The position numbers were made by a program, and so were the translations under genes. A stretch of DNA of 64,000 nt from Candidatus Altiarchaeales archaeon. GTDB taxonomy: Archaea; Altiarchaeota; Altiarchaeia; IMC4; SCGC-AAA252-I15. The notes beneath the pieces are model-generated. The model was given only the letters and a program-made list of their open reading frames with translations, was not told where the DNA came from and ran no database searches. The stretch is from contig WJMO01000007.1 of NCBI GenBank assembly GCA_014727915.1, positions 1 through 64,000 of the forward strand. Reading direction: 5' to 3'. Shown one piece after another: positions 25,621 through 35,738 of the stretch; positions within the stretch are counted from its first letter, which is position 1, and each line of letters starts with the position of its first letter.

Positions 25621-27072
25621 ATGGGAGGCGGAAGATACGATGTTGCCATAGTAGGTGCGGGGGTCGTCGGCTGCTCGGTCGCAAGAGAGCTGGCAAGGTA
25701 CAGGCTGAAGGTGGTGGTCTTAGAGAAGGAATCCGATGTCGCCGAGGGAGCGTCGGGAGCCAACAGCGGAGTCCTGCACTCAGGGTTCAAAGAGCCCAAA
25801 ATGTCGAAGAAAGCACTATACTGCGTTGAAGGCAACAGGCGCTTCAGGGAGGAGATAGCAGAGGAGCTTGAGGTGCCCTTCAAGCCCATAGGAACCTACA
25901 CCGTCGGCGAGACCGAAAAAGACAGGGAGAAGCTTGAGAAGCTTCTTGAAGCGGGGACGGCAGCAGGCGCGGAAGGGCTGAGGATCATAGAGGAAGATGA
26001 GCTGAAGAAAGCGGAACCCCACGTCAGGGGGAAGGTCGCATTGCTCGCGCCCACCGGGGCCATAATAGACCCCCACGAGTACGTGATCGCATTGGCCGAG
26101 AACGCCGCCGTGAACGGCGTCGACTTCGACTTCAACACCGAAGTGGCTGACGTGGAAGAGAGAGAAGGAGGCTATGTTGTGAAGACCGCCTGCGGGGACT
26201 ATCACGCAAAGTATGTGGTGAACAGCGCCGGCGTATACGCTGACAAGCTGGCTGCCATGGTAGGCTACAACAAGCACAAGGTGAACCCATGCCGGGGCGA
26301 ATACTTCATACTGGACAAGAAGGTCGGAGGACTGATAAGAGGGATGATATACCCCATGCCGCCGGAGAAGACAGGAGGCATCGGAGTCCACCTGACGCCC
26401 ACGATAGCAGGCAACATACTCATAGGCCCCAGCGCAGAGTACATAGCCTGCAAGGACGATGTGGCATCCACTGCCGGGAGGATGAAGGAACTCTACGAGG
26501 GCGCAGTAGCCCTCGTCCCCGAGATAGAGTACAAGGACATCATACACGAGTACTCTGGTTTGAGGAGCAAGATAATCGAGCCGGGGTCGGCCAACAAGGG
26601 AGACTTCGTGGTAGAAGACGAACCGGAGGGGTTCATACAGCTGCTGGGGATAGAATCTCCAGGGCTGACAGCCGCGCCGGTGCTGGCCGAGAAGGTTAGG
26701 GAGATCATCCAAGGCCATGAGAAGCTCGAGGAGAACCCGGACTTCAACCCGCGAAGGAAGGCAAGGGCCAGGTTCAGCGAACTATCCAAGGAAGAGAAGA
26801 GAAAGCTCATCAGGGAAGACCCGGACTATGGGGTCATAGTCTGCAGGTGCGAGGAAGTCACCAAGAGAGAAATCCGAGATGCACTGGAGAACCCCCTGGG
26901 CGTGCGCACGCTGAAGGGTTTGAGGATCCGGACCAGGGCGGGGATGGGCAGGTGCCAGGGCGGATTCTGCCTGCCAAGGATACTACAGATAATCGACGAA
27001 ATATACGGGCAGGGCGTGGAGGCCACTCTAAAGGGGGCCGAGTCCAGGATATGCGATGTGAGGATGCGATGA
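25621..27072 (+). CDS. FAD-dependent oxidoreductase, glycerol-3-phosphate dehydrogenase-like, with BFD-like [2Fe-2S] domain
   Basis: GAGVVG, SGANSGVLHSG, GIESPGLTAAP and CRCE...GMGRCQGGFC motifs. Confidence 0.88.
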   Translation: MGGGRYDVAIVGAGVVGCSVARELARYRLKVVVLEKESDVAEGASGANSGVLHSGFKEPKMSKKALYCVEGNRRFREEIAEELEVPFKPIGTYTVGETEKDREKLEKLLEAGTAAGAEGLRIIEEDELKKAEPHVRGKVALLAPTGAIIDPHEYVIALAENAAVNGVDFDFNTEVADVEEREGGYVVKTACGDYHAKYVVNSAGVYADKLAAMVGYNKHKVNPCRGEYFILDKKVGGLIRGMIYPMPPEKTGGIGVHLTPTIAGNILIGPSAEYIACKDDVASTAGRMKELYEGAVALVPEIEYKDIIHEYSGLRSKIIEPGSANKGDFVVEDEPEGFIQLLGIESPGLTAAPVLAEKVREIIQGHEKLEENPDFNPRRKARARFSELSKEEKRKLIREDPDYGVIVCRCEEVTKREIRDALENPLGVRTLKGLRIRTRAGMGRCQGGFCLPRILQIIDEIYGQGVEATLKGAESRICDVRMR

Positions 27073-28304
27073 AGGAAGCCGACCTTGTGGTTATAGGGGG
27101 CGGGCCTGCCGGGCTGGCAGCGGCCGCGAAGGCCAAGGAGCTGGGAGCAGACGACATAATACTAATAGAACGGGGTGAGCGTCTCGGAGGCATACTGAAC
27201 CAGTGCATACACGACGGCTTCGGAGTGGAGATCTTCAAGAAGGCTTACACAGGCCCGGAGTTCGCCCAGAAATACATAGACAGGATCGGGGAACTGGGCG
27301 TAGAGTGCATGCTGGACTCGACCGTGGTGGACCTCACACCGGATAAGGTGCTCACGGTCCAGAGCCCGAAAGGCCTTTTTGACATCAAGGCCAACGCCAT
27401 CATAGTGACAACGGGGTGCAGGGAGCGGACGCGGGAGATGATAAGGATCCCCGGCTCCCGCCCAGCCGGCGTGTACACGGCGGGAAGCGCCCAGAACATC
27501 ATAAACCTCCTCGGCTACATGGTTGGCAAGAAGGTGGTGATACTCGGGTCGGGGGACATCGGTTTGATAATGGCCCGGAGGATGACGTTGGAAGGCGCGG
27601 ATGTGCTGGCGGTCGTGGAGATAATGCCCTACTCCAGCGGGCTGCAGAGGAACATAGTCCAATGCCTGGAAGACTACGGCATACCATTGTATCTGAAGCA
27701 CACTGTGACCGAGATACGGGGTAACAAGCGTCTGGAGGGGTTGACCATCGCTGAAGTGGATGACAAATTCCAGCCCATAGAGGGGACGGAGAAGGAGTTC
27801 CAATGCGACACCCTGCTGTTGTCCGTTGGCCTGATACCAGAGAACGAGCTGGCGGAGAAAGCGGGCGCGGAGATGGATCCGCGGACGAGGGGTCCTGTGG
27901 TGAACGAAGCCAACCAGACCAGCGTCGAAGGCCTCTACTCTGCCGGGAACTCCCTCCAAGTCCACGACCTGGTGGACTGGGCCGCGTTGGAGGGGGAGAA
28001 CGCAGCCAAACACGCGGTGGAATACGTTAAAGAAGGCAAGACCTTGGGCTCATCCCGAAAGACCGCGGCGGGCGACGGGGTCCTCCAGGTGGTGCCCCAA
28101 AGATACTCCGGAGAGGAGGAGGTCACGCTTTCACTGAGGGTGCGGAATCCCTACTCGAACAAGAACCTCATAGTCAAGGACGGGGAGCGTGAGGTGAAGC
28201 GGGAATACCATGTGAAGATGCTGCCCGCCGAGATGATAAGGGTTAAGATAACAGAGGAAGAAGCAAAGGCAGCGAAGGAGATGAGAGTGTATGTCGAAGA
28301 TTGA
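27069..28304 (+). CDS. NAD(P)/FAD-dependent oxidoreductase (partner of the G3PDH-like subunit)
   Basis: GGGPAG, LGGILNQCIHDGFG, TGCRER and GSGDIGLIMARR motifs; ATGA overlap with the upstream gene. Confidence 0.88.
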   Translation: MKEADLVVIGGGPAGLAAAAKAKELGADDIILIERGERLGGILNQCIHDGFGVEIFKKAYTGPEFAQKYIDRIGELGVECMLDSTVVDLTPDKVLTVQSPKGLFDIKANAIIVTTGCRERTREMIRIPGSRPAGVYTAGSAQNIINLLGYMVGKKVVILGSGDIGLIMARRMTLEGADVLAVVEIMPYSSGLQRNIVQCLEDYGIPLYLKHTVTEIRGNKRLEGLTIAEVDDKFQPIEGTEKEFQCDTLLLSVGLIPENELAEKAGAEMDPRTRGPVVNEANQTSVEGLYSAGNSLQVHDLVDWAALEGENAAKHAVEYVKEGKTLGSSRKTAAGDGVLQVVPQRYSGEEEVTLSLRVRNPYSNKNLIVKDGEREVKREYHVKMLPAEMIRVKITEEEAKAAKEMRVYVED

Positions 28305-28659
28305 CAGGGAGCTGATATGCATAGTCTGCCCCCAGGGGTGCACGATAAAGGTGTCAGGAACAGAGGACAAGCTGGAGATAGAGGGCAACAGGTGCCAGAG
28401 GGGCCACGACTACGCCGTGAAGGAGGTGACCGCCCCGGAGAGGACCATAACATCCAGCGTGAAGGTGTCGGGCGGCGAGCTGCCGGTCGCGTCCGTTAAG
28501 ACCGACGGGACAGTGCCCAAAGCCAACATCCTCAACTACATGAAGGAGATACGTAAGGCCAGAGTCAAAGCTCCCGTGAACATAGGGGACGTAGTGATAG
28601 AGGACCTGGGCGGAACCAGCGTCAAAGTGGTAGTCACAAAGAAGGTAGGCAAGAGATAA
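28291..28659 (+). CDS. DUF1667 family CxxC metal-binding protein
   Basis: ICIVCPQGC...GNRCQRG..YA..E...P.R; the usual third gene of this operon type. Confidence 0.85.
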   Translation: MSKIDRELICIVCPQGCTIKVSGTEDKLEIEGNRCQRGHDYAVKEVTAPERTITSSVKVSGGELPVASVKTDGTVPKANILNYMKEIRKARVKAPVNIGDVVIEDLGGTSVKVVVTKKVGKR

Positions 28660-28666
28660 TAAAAGT

Positions 28667-29413
28667 CTATTTTTTAAGGAATCTATTCCTGTAGTCCTCC
28701 ATGCTTCTGCCAGCCTGCAGCTGCCTTAGATATTCTTTACCGCCTGGTACGTGACGTAATACTGCAACGACCGCATCTGGAACCGAGTTGGGACTCAACT
28801 CCAACAACTGACTAACCTCCCCCAACGCCCTGCGTTCGATATCGTTCAACCCGGGGTCTTTCATGTTAGCCGCCGCCTTCCGGGAAGCGTCCGATATTTC
28901 ACGGGAAGCCCAGTGCCATTCAGCCGTTGTGTGACCTTCACGCTCCGCCATCGTGCACTCCCCGTAGGGGCATCTTCCTTCAATAGGATGGTAGCGGGGA
29001 GCACCCTCCACCGGCTTCCGGTCCGGCAAGGCCATGAACTCCTCCATGGACCTGCCACGGTGCAGGCCTTTGAGGAACTCCTCGCCGCCTGGTGCGTGGC
29101 GGACCACCGCCACAACCACCTCAGGCAGGAAGTACTCGTCATATTCGAACGTTTCAGGGTTCATACGATCGCTCAGCGAGGAGAGGCTTCTCAGCGCCTT
29201 ATGCTCGAACTGGTCCAGCCCGCCCGATTCTCTGAGCTGCCGTACGCCCCTGAAGATCTCATATGAAGCCCACATCCGCTCAAGACCTGTTCTACTCCGC
29301 ATCTCCCTGAAGAACGGGAGAGCCTTCATATTATCGTCTTCAAGGCCCTCACGAATAATCTCCCGGACAGAATACACGGGTTTATCACGCTCCCTGAGCA
29401 TTAGAGACACCAC
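28667..29413 (-). CDS. Hypothetical protein with an internal two-fold repeat
   Basis: PEVVVAVVRHAPGGEEFLKGLHRGRSMEEF and PDAVVAVLRHVPGGKEYLRQLQAGRSMEDY. Confidence 0.7.
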   Translation of the reverse strand: MVSLMLRERDKPVYSVREIIREGLEDDNMKALPFFREMRSRTGLERMWASYEIFRGVRQLRESGGLDQFEHKALRSLSSLSDRMNPETFEYDEYFLPEVVVAVVRHAPGGEEFLKGLHRGRSMEEFMALPDRKPVEGAPRYHPIEGRCPYGECTMAEREGHTTAEWHWASREISDASRKAAANMKDPGLNDIERRALGEVSQLLELSPNSVPDAVVAVLRHVPGGKEYLRQLQAGRSMEDYRNRFLKK

Positions 29414-29452
29414 CTATGTTAAACTATAATATCCAGTTCTTAATATGTTCAC

Positions 29453-30253
29453 ATGGTCGGGAAGGAAGAGCTCATAATGGTGTTCCTCGTGTTCGTCATG
29501 ATGGCGGTGCTGGTGTTCCTGCTTTTGCTGCCATCCCAGAGGTTCATGGAACACGCCGAGAGAGCTCTTGAAAGGGTATTCGCCCTGCTGCCGACAACGA
29601 CCACGACAACCACATCAACCACTACCACGTCAACCACTACAGACACAACGACGTCAACGACCACCCATAGCACCACCACCACGACTGGCACAACAACCAC
29701 CTCAACGACCACCACGACTACCACGACCACTTTAGGCGGTAAAAGGTGCGGTTCACCGTTGGACTGCGGCGGAATAGTTTCGGAGCTGAAGTGCAAGGTG
29801 AACAGCATATACAACTACACCACCACATACAGGTGCCGGAACCCCGGCACAGAGTACTCCCAGTGCGTGGGCAGGATAAGGAGCGTGGTTGTGGACAGGT
29901 GCGAGGAATACGAGGACTGCGTGGACGGCAGGTGCGTCAGACTCTACGCTGACGACTGCGACTACGAGTGCGACCGGGCAGGATACCAGAGATACTACTG
30001 CACCAACAGCGTGTGCAGCAGCGGAGACGTGGAAGTGGACGTTGACAGATGCCCCAACGGAGACAGATGCTGCTGCCTATACGAGGGAAGCACAACGACC
30101 ACGACGACAGACACGACCCAGACAACGACCACCACCGCAGCACCCACCACGACAACCTCCGCGCCGACAACCACCACCGCAGCACCCACCACGACAACCT
30201 CCGCGCCGACTACGACCACAGTGGCTCCGACAACCACCACCGCAGCACCTTGA
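29453..30253 (+). CDS. Membrane-anchored Thr-rich/Cys-rich surface protein
   Basis: N-terminal TM, two poly-Thr mucin-like tracts flanking a Cys-rich domain. Confidence 0.75.
   Translation: MVGKEELIMVFLVFVMMAVLVFLLLLPSQRFMEHAERALERVFALLPTTTTTTTSTTTTSTTTDTTTSTTTHSTTTTTGTTTTSTTTTTTTTTLGGKRCGSPLDCGGIVSELKCKVNSIYNYTTTYRCRNPGTEYSQCVGRIRSVVVDRCEEYEDCVDGRCVRLYADDCDYECDRAGYQRYYCTNSVCSSGDVEVDVDRCPNGDRCCCLYEGSTTTTTTDTTQTTTTTAAPTTTTSAPTTTTAAPTTTTSAPTTTTVAPTTTTAAP
30128..30250 (+). repeat. Coding tandem repeat (21/42-bp unit; TTTxAP)
   Basis: ACCACCACCGCAGCACCCACCACGACAACCTCCGCGCCGAC repeated with 42-bp period. Confidence 0.8.
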
Positions 30254-30310
30254 CCAAGACTGTTACCCGGGGACACGGGAGTTTTTTTACTGCGACATAT
30301 ATGTTATCCC

Positions 30311-31480
30311 ATGGAAGGATACGATGTTGTGGTGGTGGGCGCGGGCCCGGCAGGGCTCTGCCTCACACGCGAACTCGCAGGTTCAGAGCTGAAAGTCCTG
30401 CTGATAGACCGGAAGAGGGATGCCGGCGACGTCCGATATAACACGTCAGGCAGCTTCATAGACCCGGTCGAATGGGGGTTGCCCGATGAGGTCCTGCACC
30501 CCGTGTATAAGACACGATTCATATCCAGGAACGAAGAAGCCATCAAAGAGGGCATAGGGTACATCATAGACCGGCGGAAGCTGCTCGAATTCCTGGAGGA
30601 GGAGAGCAGGGAAAACGAGAACCTCGAAGTCATGTACAGGACCTGGTTCAGGAGCTGCAAGTTTGGTAAGAGAGGTATCGAACAAATGGCTGTATGCAGG
30701 GACGGTGAAGACGTTGAGGTCGCCGGGAAAACCTACGTTGACTGCTCGGGGAACAGCTGCATCATCGGGAGACATGTTGGCTTGAAGCCTGCGAGAACGG
30801 ACGCGGCAGTAGGGGCAGAGTACCTCGTCCCCCTGAAGACCGAACCCCACACCGCAGACCTGTTCGTGGGAAGCAACCTAAGAGGCGGATACGGGTGGAT
30901 ATTCCCCACAGGAGACGATAAAGCAATAGTGGGATACGGGAGCCTCAACCCAGAATACTACCCGAAAGTCAGGGAATGCCTCGACGGCATGTGGGAGATG
31001 GGGAGGGTTTCTGAACGTTGCGAGCACAAGCCATTGGAGGAGAACGTGGCGGTTTTCACTACGGGAGAGCCGCTGAGGAAGTTCACGGAAAGGAACGTTG
31101 TGGCAGTCGGGGACTGCGTGCTCCAGGGCAACCCGCTCGTCGGAGAGGGCATAAGGTTCGTCATGGACAGCGCGAGGATGGCCGCGAGATGGATCATTAA
31201 GGCATTGGAAGAGGGCGACAACGCAATCCTGGAGGGTTACAGCAGGGAGTGGGCGGGGAAATACCATAAGAAGTATCGTATCGCCTACATGCTCCAGCAG
31301 AAGATGAGAAGATACACCGACGACGACCGTAAGCTGGACTTCATAGCCCGCCGCATGGCGGAGATGAGCAACCAGGACTTCAAAAAAGGACTCAGCGGAG
31401 ACTTCACAACAGCTTACATGCTTAAGATGGGGATAAAGTCCGCGATGATGAAGGCCCGAAGGTCATGGATGCCAGAATAG
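30311..31480 (+). CDS. Geranylgeranyl reductase family flavoprotein
   Basis: GAGPAG, GGYGWIFP, VGD and NPLVGEGI motifs. Confidence 0.85.
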   Translation: MEGYDVVVVGAGPAGLCLTRELAGSELKVLLIDRKRDAGDVRYNTSGSFIDPVEWGLPDEVLHPVYKTRFISRNEEAIKEGIGYIIDRRKLLEFLEEESRENENLEVMYRTWFRSCKFGKRGIEQMAVCRDGEDVEVAGKTYVDCSGNSCIIGRHVGLKPARTDAAVGAEYLVPLKTEPHTADLFVGSNLRGGYGWIFPTGDDKAIVGYGSLNPEYYPKVRECLDGMWEMGRVSERCEHKPLEENVAVFTTGEPLRKFTERNVVAVGDCVLQGNPLVGEGIRFVMDSARMAARWIIKALEEGDNAILEGYSREWAGKYHKKYRIAYMLQQKMRRYTDDDRKLDFIARRMAEMSNQDFKKGLSGDFTTAYMLKMGIKSAMMKARRSWMPE

Positions 31481-31487
31481 GCCCAGA

Positions 31488-31994
31488 CTAGATTTTTTCG
31501 GCGAGGAACCATCCAATGACCCTCCTCGCGTCTTCAAGGCCCCCATATTCCTCCAGTGTGAAGTGGGACATCTTCTCACTGTCTATGCCTCTTACCATGG
31601 AGGATAGATTGTTAGGCCAGTAGCCCCTCTGGTAGATTGCGAGCACCGGGACCTCAGGCAAGCCCATCCTGGGGCGGAGGTAGGCGTGGGCGAGTTCGAT
31701 GCCCGTGCCAAGGCTGGGTATGGACACCTCGAATACGGCAGCTGATATGCTGCCTTCCACGAGGCCTATCATCCGTTCTCGGACATACCTGGTCCTTTCC
31801 AGCCCCGGTGGTGGGAGCGGGCCTATCGATTCCTCCAGCAGACTGGCGGCCTCCTCTTTGGTCCTGCCGGTGGTGTGCTCGGTTACAACCTCATGGCCGC
31901 CGTCCCTGATAGCCGATATCAGAGCTGCGTTGAAGCCTGCTCGCTCACTCCTGTCCCTGGCCCCCTGCAAGGCAGCACCAAAAAAGACCTTCAT
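31488..31994 (-). CDS. Nucleoside 2-deoxyribosyltransferase / DNPH1(Rcl)-like protein
   Basis: KVFFG, V.TEH, EVSIPSLGTGIEL and LSSMVRG motifs. Confidence 0.72.
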   Translation of the reverse strand: MKVFFGAALQGARDRSERAGFNAALISAIRDGGHEVVTEHTTGRTKEEAASLLEESIGPLPPPGLERTRYVRERMIGLVEGSISAAVFEVSIPSLGTGIELAHAYLRPRMGLPEVPVLAIYQRGYWPNNLSSMVRGIDSEKMSHFTLEEYGGLEDARRVIGWFLAEKI

Positions 31995-32041
31995 AATAAT
32001 AGATGATTATTATAAATAATTAATAATTTTATTTAAATAAT

Positions 32042-32233
32042 TTAAATTCCTTTTGTTTCCATGAACTTCCTGAGGCTGCGGTCATACGTCCGCTCGACAT
32101 CATCCAGGAAATAGCAGGCGGGCAACTCGTTCCTCGCGCGGTGGTAGCTGACGCACTCACAGCACAATCCCTTCTTATCGCAGGGGTACGAACAATTGCA
32201 GTTGGCCGCGTTCTCCTCTCTCTTGCATCTCAT
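32042..32233 (-). CDS. Small Cys-rich protein (DUF6485-like)
   Basis: [34 protein letters not shown]. Confidence 0.75.
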   Translation of the reverse strand: MRCKREENAANCNCSYPCDKKGLCCECVSYHRARNELPACYFLDDVERTYDRSLRKFMETKGI

Positions 32234-32245
32234 GTCTAACCACGC

Positions 32246-33235
32246 TCAGCCGGGCATCATCTCGCCCATCGTGATCCTCAAGATCTTGGACGCTAAATAG
32301 AAAAGCCCTATCGCCACCAACAACAGCACAGGAAGGTACTTGAAACCCTCCTTCTCCTCACCCTTCAATATCAACCCCATTATCATGCTCCCGAAGAAAC
32401 AGGATATTATAATGGAAATGTATGAGTAGTTCCTTATGAACTCGGGCTCGATGCTCATGCCAGTTGTCTTTATGGGCGCGCCGGACATCCCGTCAAAGTC
32501 CTTGGGAAGCTCGTCCGCGATCATCTGCATGTTCTGGGTCAGAAGCTCGACCAGGAAAGACGACATGGCGAACAGCGCGGGAGCGCCCAAAGCTATGGCG
32601 ATGAAGATGAACAGGACATACATGAGGACGCTGGCGCTTATCTCCTTCTGGACTATCTGCTGGTCTCGGAGGTCCTCCGCCGTCTGATCGAGGAGGTCTG
32701 CAAGCTGGCCTCCAGACTTGAGGCTGTGGACGATCAGCTCCACCGTCCGCTCAAGGTTGGTCGACCTTATGTGTAAAGTCATCCGGGAGATCGCATCCAC
32801 GAGAGGCCGCCCAGCCATGGTCTCCTTACCAACCCGCCTTATCTCCTCCTCCAAAGCCCCGAACTCGGGCCGGGCAGCCAGTATCAACGCCTTGTCCGTC
32901 GTGAGCCCCGCCCTTATGTTGGAGGACATCAGCTGCAGCGCATCGGGTAGGACGTCATCGACCTTGCCTGCCTTGGCGGACACGTTAAGACTCAGCCAAA
33001 TGTATGTGAGGAACTCGAATACGATGAAAGAGCCGGTGAAAGCGGCCAGTGGGGGGAGTTCCATGCGGGTGCTCAGCAGCAGGGTCGACGCGAAGGCCAG
33101 GACGACGCCGAGGGTGATGGCAAAGCCTATGAACTTGTCAGGGTCCGTCTTAACAGTGGAGAACCTGAGCTGGTCCCTGTACCTCTCCCTTACCGGCTTG
33201 GGCATTATCCTCGCGAGCAACGTTATGAAAGACAT
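32246..33235 (-). CDS. Type II secretion system F / TadC-like pilus platform protein
   Basis: LPDALQLMSSNIRAG, FGAL..E and GGQLADLL motifs; multiple TMs. Confidence 0.9.
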   Translation of the reverse strand: MSFITLLARIMPKPVRERYRDQLRFSTVKTDPDKFIGFAITLGVVLAFASTLLLSTRMELPPLAAFTGSFIVFEFLTYIWLSLNVSAKAGKVDDVLPDALQLMSSNIRAGLTTDKALILAARPEFGALEEEIRRVGKETMAGRPLVDAISRMTLHIRSTNLERTVELIVHSLKSGGQLADLLDQTAEDLRDQQIVQKEISASVLMYVLFIFIAIALGAPALFAMSSFLVELLTQNMQMIADELPKDFDGMSGAPIKTTGMSIEPEFIRNYSYISIIISCFFGSMIMGLILKGEEKEGFKYLPVLLLVAIGLFYLASKILRITMGEMMPG

Positions 33236-33238
33236 GAT

Positions 33239-34141
33239 CTAACCACCTATGAGGTTCGGCCTCCGAGACTTTATCAAACCCAGGAATATGAACTGCATGA
33301 AAACCACGAACACCAGAAGGCCGTAGAATGTCATCTCATTCCCCAACGCGTCCATGCCCGGGAAGCTAGACAAAACTATCAGCATGGTTATTCCCAGGGA
33401 GGGGACTATGACCGCGACCATCATGTACATCATCGCAAGCGGGTTCAATATGCTCTTGTACTTCCTTATCTCCACCAGCTGCTCCTTTGAGAGGGATTTT
33501 ATGACGTCTTCGAGGTTCTGGCCCAGGTCGCTCCCGGACTTCATGCTGTTGACTACCTGCCACATGGCACGCCTGAAGTATATGCTCGGATTCCGGACGG
33601 CAAGCTTCTCCAGCACGTCCACCACCGGCTGGCCCGCGTTCACCTTCTCGACGACTACCTTGAACTCGTCGGTTATCGGGCCATAGTTGCCCAACGCGAT
33701 GGATGCTATGCCGTTGAATATCGGCACGCCGGACCTTATCTGTATCAGGAGGCTCCTAAGGGCGAAGAGGAGGTTGCGCTCCAGGTACTTCACCCTCTTG
33801 TTCACGATGCTCTTAGGGTAGCCGAGCATGTAAACGAAGAACACGCCGGATACGACAACGCCTATCGCCGGGCCGAACTCCGGGTTTGCAGCCCCCCCGG
33901 ACACGAGTATGAAGGAGAGTATGCCGCCCAATCCTATGAGGATGAAAGTGGACATGAAGAAGCAGACCGCCAGGTACTCACGGGTTGTTATGTCATACTG
34001 GTCCCTGACGCCGGACTGATCGATGGCATCACGCATGAAAGGGAATAGATGGGTTAATATGGCCCCTACACCTATGAACAGGCGTGAGCCCCCTCTCACA
34101 AACTTTGACTCAAGGACAGGTATCTTGGCCTCAGTCATCAA
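33239..34141 (-). CDS. Type II secretion system F / TadB-like pilus platform protein
   Basis: LLFALR...RSGVP, YGPITDEF and NPS.YFRR motifs; multiple TMs. Confidence 0.88.
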   Translation of the reverse strand: MMTEAKIPVLESKFVRGGSRLFIGVGAILTHLFPFMRDAIDQSGVRDQYDITTREYLAVCFFMSTFILIGLGGILSFILVSGGAANPEFGPAIGVVVSGVFFVYMLGYPKSIVNKRVKYLERNLLFALRSLLIQIRSGVPIFNGIASIALGNYGPITDEFKVVVEKVNAGQPVVDVLEKLAVRNPSIYFRRAMWQVVNSMKSGSDLGQNLEDVIKSLSKEQLVEIRKYKSILNPLAMMYMMVAVIVPSLGITMLIVLSSFPGMDALGNEMTFYGLLVFVVFMQFIFLGLIKSRRPNLIGG

Positions 34142-34172
34142 ATAGAATTAGTAATAGGTATTAAAGAGGGTG

Positions 34173-35738
34173 TCACGCGCCCTCCTCCTCTTCCCTATCT
34201 CCGAGCAGCGCCTCAGGACCCTCGTCGGACAGCACGACTTTGACCACTGTCTTACGGTCGATGTAGTAGCGGTTGAGTATCCTCCCTACTTCGTCGACCT
34301 TGCGTATATCGTGCTTGACCATCCAGTTGAGTATGTTCTTCTTGAGGTTGATGTCCTCCACGACCTCGGCCCTCGTCAAACCCGTGTGCCGGTATAACTC
34401 GGTGAACAACCTCATGGGCTCCACGTTGGGGACTATCTCGTCCTCCCGCGCATCCCACCGGTATATGATGTTAGGCTTGTACCGCACTTCCCCGGACCTC
34501 CGCTTCTCCTCGTCCATCAGGAACTCCCCGACCTCGAATATGCGCCTTATGTTACGCCTCCGGTCCCGGAACATCACGACGTTGAGGTGAACCGCCTCCA
34601 ACATGCTGTGGGGCACCTCTATCGGGGGGTTGGTTATCCTCGTTATGGTCTGCTCGCAGGTGTCCGCGTGTATCGTGCAGTATACCGAGTGCCCTGTGTG
34701 CATCGCCTCGAACAGCACCTCAGCCTCCCGCTTCTTACGTATCTCGCCCATGACTATCCGGTCCGGCCGCATCCTAAGAGAGTTAACCAGCAGGTCCAGC
34801 ATGCTGACCTCGCCCTTCCCCTCGGGGTTGGGTTCCCGGGTCGTGAGGGGACACCAGTAGAGGTACTCTGGGAGCTGCAGCTCCCTGGTGTCCTCGATGC
34901 TGATTATGCGGTGGTTGGGCGGCATGAAGGGCATGCAGATGTTCAGGAAGCTCGTCTTCCCCGACCCTGTCCCTCCGCTGACGACTATGTTCATCTCGTA
35001 TTGTATCATCAGCCAGATGAGAGCCAGCACCTCGGGGGTGGCGGTACCCGTCTTTATGAAGTCGGGGGCGGTCCACGGGTCCCTCGCGAACTTACGGATG
35101 GTTATCGTATTCCCCTTGGTCGCTATGGGCGTCAGGATGGCGTTGGCACGGTCTTTGCTCACGAGATGGGCGTCCAATAGGGGGCTGAGGGTGGTTATCT
35201 CCCGGCCGACCCGCCTGCCGATGGTGTTGGCATAGTTTTGGATGCGCATCTCGTTCTGTGGTGTGATGTTCGACTTGAGCCATCCGAACTTCTTGTGGTA
35301 TACTCTTATGGGCTCTGACGCGGAGTTTATTACTATCTCCTCCAGGTTCGGGTCGTTCAGGAAGAACTCTATCTCGTCTAGGCCGAGTAGCTCGTGCAGC
35401 ATGCTCAGCACGAAGTGGGTCTTCATCTCCGGGTCCAATCCGGGAAGCTCCTCGTCCAGTATAACCCCGGCTTTCTGCTCGAACTCCCCCTTCAACTGGC
35501 CCAGCAGCTTGGGGTCGAGTATCTCGCTGGTGCTCATCTCTACGCCGGCTATCAGGCGGTCTTTTATGTCGTCCAACAGGGCCATCGTAGCGACGTCCAC
35601 CTCGGGAAGTATGAGCTTGTAGTAGGGTACGAAGTCCCTCATGATTATCTGAACGTGCGTTTCAACGCCTTCAGACTGTATCGTGTAGGAGTCCAGTACT
35701 TCGCCGTCAGCGGCCTTCTCACTTTTTTCCTTTGCCAT
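34173..35738 (-). CDS. Type II/IV secretion system ATPase (CpaF/VirB11/FlaI family)
   Basis: ITIRKF, Walker A GGTGSGKT, SIEDTRE, LRMRPDRIVMGEIR and MHTGH..TIHA. Confidence 0.95.
   Translation of the reverse strand: MAKEKSEKAADGEVLDSYTIQSEGVETHVQIIMRDFVPYYKLILPEVDVATMALLDDIKDRLIAGVEMSTSEILDPKLLGQLKGEFEQKAGVILDEELPGLDPEMKTHFVLSMLHELLGLDEIEFFLNDPNLEEIVINSASEPIRVYHKKFGWLKSNITPQNEMRIQNYANTIGRRVGREITTLSPLLDAHLVSKDRANAILTPIATKGNTITIRKFARDPWTAPDFIKTGTATPEVLALIWLMIQYEMNIVVSGGTGSGKTSFLNICMPFMPPNHRIISIEDTRELQLPEYLYWCPLTTREPNPEGKGEVSMLDLLVNSLRMRPDRIVMGEIRKKREAEVLFEAMHTGHSVYCTIHADTCEQTITRITNPPIEVPHSMLEAVHLNVVMFRDRRRNIRRIFEVGEFLMDEEKRRSGEVRYKPNIIYRWDAREDEIVPNVEPMRLFTELYRHTGLTRAEVVEDINLKKNILNWMVKHDIRKVDEVGRILNRYYIDRKTVVKVVLSDEGPEALLGDREEEEGA

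Noticed and set aside
25816-28013. Long antisense ORFs (25816-26718, 27162-28013; likewise 57007-57774 and 34587-35180)
   Set aside because: Shadow frames of well-supported genes in GC-rich, codon-biased DNA, with no recognisable motifs.
25621-28659. FAD oxidoreductase / NADH oxidase / DUF1667 trio as a novel system
   Set aside because: A well-known conserved glycerol-3-phosphate dehydrogenase-like operon of anaerobes.
29590-30250. ACC/ACG-rich repeats as a CRISPR array or non-coding satellite
   Set aside because: They are in-frame poly-Thr codons with no repeat-spacer structure. No CRISPR array or cas gene was seen in the window.
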